In this document: in pieces, positions 38,536 through 44,589 of the stretch
Numbering within the stretch: the first letter of the stretch is position 1
Layout of the letters: each line of letters begins with the position of its first letter
Source: Clostridia bacterium
GTDB lineage: Bacteria; Bacillota; Clostridia; Oscillospirales; CAG-272
Direction: 5' to 3'
NCBI GenBank assembly: GCA_900767415.1
Contig: CAAFYZ010000028.1
Coordinates: forward strand, 22,987-86,986
Length of the DNA: 64,000 nucleotides
Notes under the pieces: generated by a model
Seen by the model: the letters and a program-made list of their open reading frames with translations, nothing else
Database searches by the model: none
What the model was told of the DNA's origin: nothing
Position numbers and translations under genes: made by a program

Positions 38536-38564
38536 ATTATAGAGGACGGCGGGAACGGTTGCAA
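38536..38564 (-). promoter_or_regulatory. promoter of the ADP-ribosylglycohydrolase gene
   Basis: Minus strand TTGCAA, 17 nt, TATAAT. Confidence 0.55.
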
Positions 38565-38629
38565 GCACTTTTTTCTACTTTTTGGTGTCAGATTTTTACA
38601 TCTTCGAAAGTAAGAAGGTGAAATTACCC

Positions 38630-38658
38630 TTGACAGTGAAAGAACATTGTGCTATTAT
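38630..38658 (+). promoter_or_regulatory. promoter of the exonuclease-HNH islet gene
   Basis: TTGACA, 17 nt, TGc-TATTAT. GTGAAAT at 38618-38624 lies just upstream of the -35. Confidence 0.6.
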
Positions 38659-38720
38659 CGACTTGTAAAGTTTTTATCAATATCTAAGGCAAAAGATCAT
38701 ACAAACGAGGGGCGTCAATA

Positions 38721-40271
38721 ATGTTAAGCAATCAGAAGGTTAAAAAAATTAAATTTGAAGATGCTTTGAAGTATTTAGATCATAAAAATATTACTAATGA
38801 AACTGATATTGTCAGATTGGAATGTTGTTGTGATATATTGCAATTAGATAGTATTATTAGAAAATACAAGTTAAAATTATGGTCTGATTATCAACCTGTT
38901 TGCGGCAGTCTTCTCCCATACGGCTATTGGACATGGGCGGGGCCAAGTTCTGACGATGGTTCATATGTTTATTATGTGGCAAAGTCGAATGCTTATGGAC
39001 ATATGAAATATCTTTATTGTATGGATAATGTATATATGTTTTTTACTGTTGCAAGCAATAAAAGTCCTAAAATTGATTTTCTTTTTGATACTTACCGATA
39101 TGATGTGAATGATATTTTTATCGACATAGAAACAACAGGATTGAATCCAATTGTTGATGATATTTTAAGTATTGGACTTTATCAACTTTCTACCGGCAAA
39201 ACTTTTCATAAATACCTTCCTCTCGAAAAGCAAAAAAATATTCCAAAAGAAATCACCGATATAAATGGAATAACAGAAAAAGACTTGATAAATTCAACCG
39301 CATTGACACAAAAAGATATTGATGAAATTATTAAAGTTTTTCAAATAGGCGAAAATCGATTAACCATGTGGGTCGGAAAAAACTTATTTGATGCGGCGTT
39401 TTTAACCTGCTATTTTAGAGAACACAATTTAACAGATTATGGAAAATTTTTATTTCAAAACGCAACAGAATTTGCAAAACTGTATTTAACGCCATATAAT
39501 GTTCGCGATTTTTCAAAGGATCATGTAGCGAAAATGTTTCTGCTTGATCTGCCGGAACATCATGGCGCATTATCTGATTGTAAAACGGAAGCGCAAATAT
39601 GCGAAAAAATTCATAGTGAGACTGTACCAGTAGTACCAAATGTGGGATTCATATGTAGCGAATTGAAAAAAAGTTATATTGTAATGACGAAGGAAAGGGC
39701 TTTTGAATTATATGAAACAATGTGTTTATATTGCAAAGTGATATATGGTAAAGTGAATCAAGATTATGATGATCACCCAAGAACAAGAGGGGCTGAAAAC
39801 ATAGATATCCATCATATTGACGAATTAACTTTAGATAATATTGCAATAAGAACAAACCGCGCACAAAAAGAGGGGGATATTAAGGAACTTGAAAGATTGA
39901 AACCGTATAATAAAAAAGAGCGTCTTGTCTATGCAGACAAGGAAGACCACTTTCTCCTTCATTGTTTGATTGAAAAAATTAGACCCGGGTTGGGGGGTGG
40001 ACCTCATTATTTATATGCTTATATAATCAATCAAAACATGCCATATATTGAAATGCTTCGAGAAATATATGTAAATCTTATTTGTTTTCAAGATCTTGAT
40101 ATAGAGAGCATATATCCTTTTTGGGAAACCGTCTTTCAACAACACAATTTCGATTTTTCAAAATTGCAAAAAGAAAAAGAGACAATTAAAGTTTTGCTTG
40201 ATGAATCGAAAAGTCAAATGCAAGCAAATGAGCGGAAAATTTTCAACGATCTAAATTGCAATATTGACTAG
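38721..40271 (+). CDS. fusion protein: unassigned N-domain + DEDDh (DnaQ-like) 3'-5' exonuclease + HNH-like module
   Basis: ExoI FIDIETTG (D135/E137), ExoII NLFDAAFL (D224), ExoIII HHGALSD (H281/D286). CLYC(335-338)...IDIHHID(361-367)...N373/N379...DHFLLH(409-414). AT-rich codon usage; own promoter and terminator. Confidence 0.8.
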   Translation: MLSNQKVKKIKFEDALKYLDHKNITNETDIVRLECCCDILQLDSIIRKYKLKLWSDYQPVCGSLLPYGYWTWAGPSSDDGSYVYYVAKSNAYGHMKYLYCMDNVYMFFTVASNKSPKIDFLFDTYRYDVNDIFIDIETTGLNPIVDDILSIGLYQLSTGKTFHKYLPLEKQKNIPKEITDINGITEKDLINSTALTQKDIDEIIKVFQIGENRLTMWVGKNLFDAAFLTCYFREHNLTDYGKFLFQNATEFAKLYLTPYNVRDFSKDHVAKMFLLDLPEHHGALSDCKTEAQICEKIHSETVPVVPNVGFICSELKKSYIVMTKERAFELYETMCLYCKVIYGKVNQDYDDHPRTRGAENIDIHHIDELTLDNIAIRTNRAQKEGDIKELERLKPYNKKERLVYADKEDHFLLHCLIEKIRPGLGGGPHYLYAYIINQNMPYIEMLREIYVNLICFQDLDIESIYPFWETVFQQHNFDFSKLQKEKETIKVLLDESKSQMQANERKIFNDLNCNID

Positions 40272-40412
40272 AATCTCTTGGATACAAAATATAACGTCTT
40301 GAAATATAAAATCTCCTAGAGAAGGCCGTAATCGGTTTCCATAAGGTCTTCCTCAAAAATGGTGAGACAAAGAAACTCACCATTCAGGATGCCGAGTGAT
40401 ATCCCAAGTGAC

Positions 40413-40463
40413 AATCCTCCCCAAAAGCCAAATGCGTGGTTTTTCGGGAGGATTCTTCTTTTT
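40413..40463 (+). terminator. probable terminator at the right edge of the low-GC islet
   Basis: AATCCTCCC...GGGAGGATT stem with imperfect inner pairing, then CTTCTTTTT. Confidence 0.5.
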
Positions 40464-40478
40464 CGATGATTCCGCCCC

Positions 40479-40507
40479 TTGACTTTATCAAAATAAAGTG
40501 CTATACT
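40479..40507 (+). promoter_or_regulatory. promoter of the YerC-HisZ fusion gene
   Basis: TTGACT, 17 nt, TGc-TATACT. Confidence 0.6.
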
Positions 40508-40539
40508 ATTGGCAATGACCTTTTGCGAGGTGTTTTTTT

Positions 40540-41664
40540 ATGACGGATCCACAGACTTCGGCGCTGATCGGCGCCATTCTTTCGCTCGGTACGCCGGAGG
40601 AGTGCAAGGCGTTTCTTACCGACCTTTGTACGGTAAAAGAGATTGACGAGTTTTCCGCCCGGCTGGAAGTTGCCCGACTTCTGAGCAGCGGCGTCAACTA
40701 TCACGACATCGTGGAACGCACGGGAGCATCGACTGCCACCATCAGCCGTGTCTCCAAGGCACTCTCCGGCTCGTCGGGCGGCTATCGCACCGCCCTCTCC
40801 CGCCTCGGAATGCCGCGGGTGCGCGACGGCGTGCCGACGGACAAACTGCCGCTTCTCCCATCGGAGCGGGCGGCGTATTCTCTGATGGCGCATTTTGAAG
40901 AGCGGGGCTATCACCGCTATGCGCGTTCCACCTTCCCGGAAGGCGCGGAAAAAGAGACGCTCGGCGATGTCACACTCTCCCTTATCGACACGGTGCCCAC
41001 GGCACCCGGCACGTATAAGTATTGCTACTTTGAGAACCTTCTCCGCCCGGATGAAAAACGGCGGCTTTTGCGTCGCATCTCGCAGACGGGGATCGAATGT
41101 ATCGGCAACGTCACGGGAGAAGAGGAGAAGGAAGTCCTCTCTCTTGCCGCCGTCGCGCTGTCTTTGCTTGCCGGGAAGTTCGAGATTTCCGTAGCGCCGC
41201 TCGCATATTCCGACGCACTTTTTGCCCGTTACGGGATTTACGGCACCTATCGCAGGGAGGCATATCGTCTTTTGCGCACGTCCCCTGCCGAATTGCGCGA
41301 CTTTCTCCTTACCAAAGGAGAGGAAAAGAGGAGCGCGGACGCCGTCGCCGATCTTTTATGCGTCAAGCGAAAGGCAGACGAAGGGCTTTCCGAGATGCGC
41401 TTTTTCGCCGCGAGCGATGCGGAGCGGTCGGCGTGCGAGGAGTTGCGCACGGCTCTTTCGGGGATCACGAGCGGGAATCTGACGATAGATTTTACCCTGA
41501 CGCCCGGTATGGAGTATTACGACGATCTTTTCTTCGTCGGACGCACGGGGCGCACGACGGAGGTGCTCCGCGGCGGACGCTATGACGCGCTGATGCGCCG
41601 CCGCGGACACGACGGCGGTGCCGTCGGCTTCGCCGTTTATCTCGATGCTCTGACAAAAAAATAA
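40540..41664 (+). CDS. YerC/YecD (TrpR-like) HTH fused to HisZ/HisRS-like class-II core
   Basis: Res 1-90 closely resemble B. subtilis YerC (CTVKEIDEFSARLEVARLL...TGASTATISRV). Res ~105-374 align by eye to HisZ (QTGIECIG, MEYYDDLFF, GGRYDALM, GFAVYLDAL). Confidence 0.8.
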   Translation: MTDPQTSALIGAILSLGTPEECKAFLTDLCTVKEIDEFSARLEVARLLSSGVNYHDIVERTGASTATISRVSKALSGSSGGYRTALSRLGMPRVRDGVPTDKLPLLPSERAAYSLMAHFEERGYHRYARSTFPEGAEKETLGDVTLSLIDTVPTAPGTYKYCYFENLLRPDEKRRLLRRISQTGIECIGNVTGEEEKEVLSLAAVALSLLAGKFEISVAPLAYSDALFARYGIYGTYRREAYRLLRTSPAELRDFLLTKGEEKRSADAVADLLCVKRKADEGLSEMRFFAASDAERSACEELRTALSGITSGNLTIDFTLTPGMEYYDDLFFVGRTGRTTEVLRGGRYDALMRRRGHDGGAVGFAVYLDALTKK

Positions 41665-41675
41665 AACCACCCGAG

Positions 41676-41721
41676 AAAAATCGGTCTTCCGATGCCAAAG
41701 AGCGTCGAAAGACCGATTTTT
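41676..41721. terminator. bidirectional terminator between the YerC-HisZ and SDR genes
   Basis: AAAAATCGGTCTT...AAGACCGATTTTT. Confidence 0.7.
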
Positions 41722-41733
41722 GTATAGAATAGT

Positions 41734-42537
41734 TTACTTTGCGTACATCTTATAGAGAACGGCATCGATCAGTCTGCGGGGCAAAAACTTGGCAAGGCAG
41801 AGCAGAAAACGGTAAGAAATCCCGACACCGACCGTCGGCGGCGGATTTTTTCGCTTTGCCGTGCGGACAATCGCCCGTGCCACTGCTTCGGCTTTCATTC
41901 CGTGCGTCTCGTCGTGCTCCATGCGTGTGACACTGCGCACGATCCGTTCGTCGTAAGCGGCATCGTCCGCGGGGTTCTTCACTCTCGCGGCGGTAAAGCC
42001 CGTGCGGGTGTCCCCGGGGAGCATACACACGACCCGAATACCGAAGGGCTTTACCTCCATCGCCAGTGCGCGGGAGTAACTGCCGATGGCACTTTTTGTG
42101 GCACTGTAAAAGGTCTGGAAGGGGATCGGCAACTCGCCGGCGACGCTTCCGAGATTGATGATCCGACCGCTCCCCTGCGCCCGCATGGTGGGCAGGACGG
42201 CGCGGCACATGGCTGCCGTGCCGTAGACGTTGACGCGGAAGATGGCTTCCATGCTTTCTTCGGACGTGTTTTCCGCACTGCCGGAGATTCCCATTCCCGC
42301 CGAATTGACGAGAAGGTCGATCCGCCCGTTTTCCGCGATGACCCGCGCGACGCACGCGGTGACCGCCGTGCGGTCGGTGACATCACAGCGCAGGGAACGG
42401 AAGTTCTCTCCCTTACAGCCGTGCCGCGAGATCCCGTAAACGGTATATCCGCGTTTTTTCAGAGCCCGTGCGACGGCAAGACCGATTCCGCTCGACGCAC
42501 CGGTTACAATCGCAACTTTTACCGCCTTTTCTTTCAT
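41734..42537 (-). CDS. SDR family oxidoreductase
   Basis: TGASSGIG cofactor motif, YSATKSA catalytic motif, 267 aa. Confidence 0.9.
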   Translation of the reverse strand: MKEKAVKVAIVTGASSGIGLAVARALKKRGYTVYGISRHGCKGENFRSLRCDVTDRTAVTACVARVIAENGRIDLLVNSAGMGISGSAENTSEESMEAIFRVNVYGTAAMCRAVLPTMRAQGSGRIINLGSVAGELPIPFQTFYSATKSAIGSYSRALAMEVKPFGIRVVCMLPGDTRTGFTAARVKNPADDAAYDERIVRSVTRMEHDETHGMKAEAVARAIVRTAKRKNPPPTVGVGISYRFLLCLAKFLPRRLIDAVLYKMYAK

Positions 42538-42673
42538 CGTGTTCTCCTTTCAGATCGTGAACTTGGAAAGGTGGGGCGACCATCGACCGCCCACGGATTT
42601 TTTAAGAGCTATGGCAGACCCTCTGCCCAAAATAGTAAAAAACGCCTTGACATACATTAAATAAAGTCAAAAA

Positions 42674-42843
42674 GTGAAATATCTCGCAGTCGCTCAATGT
42701 GAAATAATGTGCTACGCACATTGTGAAATTTTCTGCTATGCAGAAAGTGAAATGAAATAAATTCCCTAACCGCCGTGAGGGTTTCACATGCCGAAGGCAT
42801 ATTTCACGCGCGAAGCGCATTTCACAAATTCCGCAAGGAATTT
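42674..42843. repeat. array of 4 direct and 3 inverted GTGAAAT heptamers interleaved with mini-hairpins
   Basis: GTGAAAT at 42674, 42699, 42723 and 42747. (G/A)TTTCAC at 42781, 42801 and 42819. Each interval holds a 4-7-bp hairpin with a 3-4-nt loop. Confidence 0.85.
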
Positions 42844-42852
42844 ATTCCGTTG

Positions 42853-42884
42853 AAAAAGGCACCTGTTTTCACAGGTGCCTTTTT
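42853..42884. terminator. bidirectional terminator downstream of tRNA-Arg
   Basis: AAAAAGGCACCTGT-tttc-ACAGGTGCCTTTTT. Confidence 0.85.
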
Positions 42885-42886
42885 CT

Positions 42887-42963
42887 TGGCCTACCCGACA
42901 GGATTCGAACCTGCGACCTTGAGAGTCGGAGTCTCACGCGCTATCCAGCTGTGCCACGGGTAG
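42887..42963 (-). tRNA. tRNA-Arg (anticodon CCG), CCA encoded
   Basis: Hand-folded cloverleaf: acceptor CTACCCG/CGGGTAG, anticodon stem TGAGA/TCTCA, loop CT-CCG-AC, T-arm GCAGG-TTCGAAT-CCTGT, D-loop AGCTGGATA. One A-C mismatch in the D-stem and an unusual C1-G72 pair. Confidence 0.8.
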
Positions 42964-43104
42964 ATGTTTTGACTTAACCATTATAGCACCCGAGACATGG
43001 TTTGTCAAGATAAAATGCCGAAATTCTTTTATGTTTCACCGGAAAGAGTTTTTGAAAAACTAACAGGAAAAGAGCGAAAAAGCGCGGCGGCGGCCGTCAT
43101 TCCG

Positions 43105-43497
43105 TCAGAGGGTGGGCGGTTGAGAGATTTTGCGCTTCGGGAGGGCGGGCTTTGTCACCTCGCGGCTGACATTCGTCAGAAATTCGACGGTGTCGTCCGT
43201 CGCGTCGGAGAGAAAGAGGGAGATCCAGTGCGCCTTGTTCATGTGATAGGCGGGATAAACGCCGTCCTCCCGTCCGAACGAGCCGAACATCTCCGTCGGC
43301 AGTTTCAGGTTTACGATGTCGGTCGGCTCGTCGGTATCGTAGCCGAATTTTCGCTTCGATACCCGCATGACAAGGGCGAACCACTTGCGGTTTCCCGCAT
43401 GGCGAAGTACCGCCGTTTCAAAGTCGTCGCGAAACGGGTAGTCTGCCTCCGTGCCGAAGGACGAACGGCAAAAAGCCAGGAACGATTCTCGTGTCAT
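43105..43497 (-). CDS. MmcQ/YjbR family DNA-binding protein
   Basis: GTEADYPFRDDFETAVLRH..NRKWFALVM...YHMNKAHWISL, the typical YjbR pattern. Confidence 0.88.
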   Translation of the reverse strand: MTRESFLAFCRSSFGTEADYPFRDDFETAVLRHAGNRKWFALVMRVSKRKFGYDTDEPTDIVNLKLPTEMFGSFGREDGVYPAYHMNKAHWISLFLSDATDDTVEFLTNVSREVTKPALPKRKISQPPTL

Positions 43498-43631
43498 AAT
43501 ACCTCCGACGCCGCCCCGAGAGAACGGCGCATATCGTTTTTTTCATTATAACACGGACGTCCCCGTTTTGCAAGAGCGGACGGAAAAACGAAGAGGGCGG
43601 CGGCAGAATAGAGAAAAGCCGTCGGAAAGTA

Positions 43632-43660
43632 TTGATTTCTTTTTCAAAATATGATATGAT
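43632..43660 (+). promoter_or_regulatory. promoter of the SBP / hybrid kinase pair
   Basis: TTGATT, 17 nt, TGa-TATGAT, followed by a ~90-nt leader with two hairpins. Confidence 0.5.
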
Positions 43661-43749
43661 GAAAACGAACTGCCGATGCCGGAGGTTGCATCGGCAAATG
43701 CGTTTTACGGTCGCACCGTTACGGGCGGTTGCCGACCGATGGGAGAGGT

Positions 43750-44589
43750 ATGGAAGGCGGAAGATTTTTTCGGGTCATAGCGCGGGCGCGGCGGGGGATT
43801 GCCCTTCTTTGCGTTTTGTGTACGATAGGCACGGTTCTTTTCGGTTGCGGACAACCGGACGACGGGAGAGAAGACCTGCCGACGCTGATCGTCGGCAGTG
43901 ACAATTATCCGCCGTTCAACTATGAGGACGCAGACGGGAAGCCGACAGGGATCGACGTGGATCTCGCGACGGAAGCATTTTCCCGCATGGGGTATCGCCC
44001 GGTATTTGTTACGATTGACTGGGAAGAGAAAAAAGAACTGGTCGAGAGCGGAGAGATCGACTGTATCTGGGGCAGTTTTTCCATCAACGGGCGGGAAGAC
44101 CAGTACAACTGGACCGTGCCGTATATGTACAGCCGACAGGTGGTTGCCGTGCAGCAGGACAGCGATATTTATACCTTTTCCGATCTTGAGGGGAAGCGGA
44201 TCGCGGTGCAGTCCACGACAAAACCGGAAGAGATTTTCCTTTCCGGGAAGGATGCGCGGATTCCGAAGATCGACAAGCTCTTCTCCCTTCAGAACAGAGA
44301 GTTGATTTATCCGTATCTGAGCAAAGGGTATGCGGACGCCATCGCGGCACACGAGACGTCAATTCTGCAATGTATGGAAGACTACGGTTTTGAGTACCGG
44401 ATTCTTGACGAGCCGCTTCTGACCGTCGGGCTGGGCGTCGCTTTTTCTAAAGGGGACGGGCGCGGACTCGCGGAAAGACTGTCCGAGGCATTCCTTGAGA
44501 TGAGGCGGGACGGAACGATGGAGAGGATCATCGGAAAATACCTCTCCGCTCCCGAAAAGTACACGGAGGGCGGAATCTATGCAAACTAA
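43750..44589 (+). CDS. family-3 solute-binding lipoprotein (amino-acid-type SBP)
   Basis: Lipobox LFGC; PPFNYED..GKPTGIDVDL..IDCIWGSFS pattern of SBP_bac_3. Start at MEGGRFF (RBS GGGAGAGG). Confidence 0.82.
   Translation: MEGGRFFRVIARARRGIALLCVLCTIGTVLFGCGQPDDGREDLPTLIVGSDNYPPFNYEDADGKPTGIDVDLATEAFSRMGYRPVFVTIDWEEKKELVESGEIDCIWGSFSINGREDQYNWTVPYMYSRQVVAVQQDSDIYTFSDLEGKRIAVQSTTKPEEIFLSGKDARIPKIDKLFSLQNRELIYPYLSKGYADAIAAHETSILQCMEDYGFEYRILDEPLLTVGLGVAFSKGDGRGLAERLSEAFLEMRRDGTMERIIGKYLSAPEKYTEGGIYAN

Larger units (their letters stand above)
38565..40465 (+). other. low-GC single-gene islet (probable horizontal acquisition)
   Basis: Counted 60-nt lines: 25% GC (38761-38820) and 40% (39601-39660), versus 63% in the flanking gene (38041-38100). 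Bounded by the ARH promoter and terminator 40413-40463. Confidence 0.75.

Noticed and set aside
40290-40480. Minus-strand reading frame ending ...FGFWGGLSLGISLGILNGEFLCLTIFEEDLMETDYGLL at the islet's right edge, a possible small hydrophobic toxin or holin-like peptide or a gene remnant.
   Set aside because: There is no in-frame start codon with an RBS before the hydrophobic stretch, and it overlaps the putative terminator hairpin. This is too speculative to call and may be a decayed fragment.
42674-42843. Considered whether the heptamer array is a CRISPR array or a type III toxin-antitoxin RNA repeat.
   Set aside because: The conserved unit is only 7 nt, and the spacers are self-complementary hairpins rather than unique protospacer-like sequence. 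The motif inverts half-way. No cas or toxin gene is adjacent.
42602-42963. ORFs 42602..42820(-) and 42775..42963(+).
   Set aside because: They run through the heptamer and hairpin array, the terminator and the tRNA-Arg gene. They have no RBS, and the composition is dictated by the repeats.
38565-42963. Whether the low-GC islet is a tRNA-targeted integrative element using tRNA-Arg.
   Set aside because: The tRNA is about 2.4 kb away, with two native-GC genes (the YerC-HisZ fusion and the SDR) in between. I found no integrase and no direct repeat of the tRNA 3' end at the islet borders.
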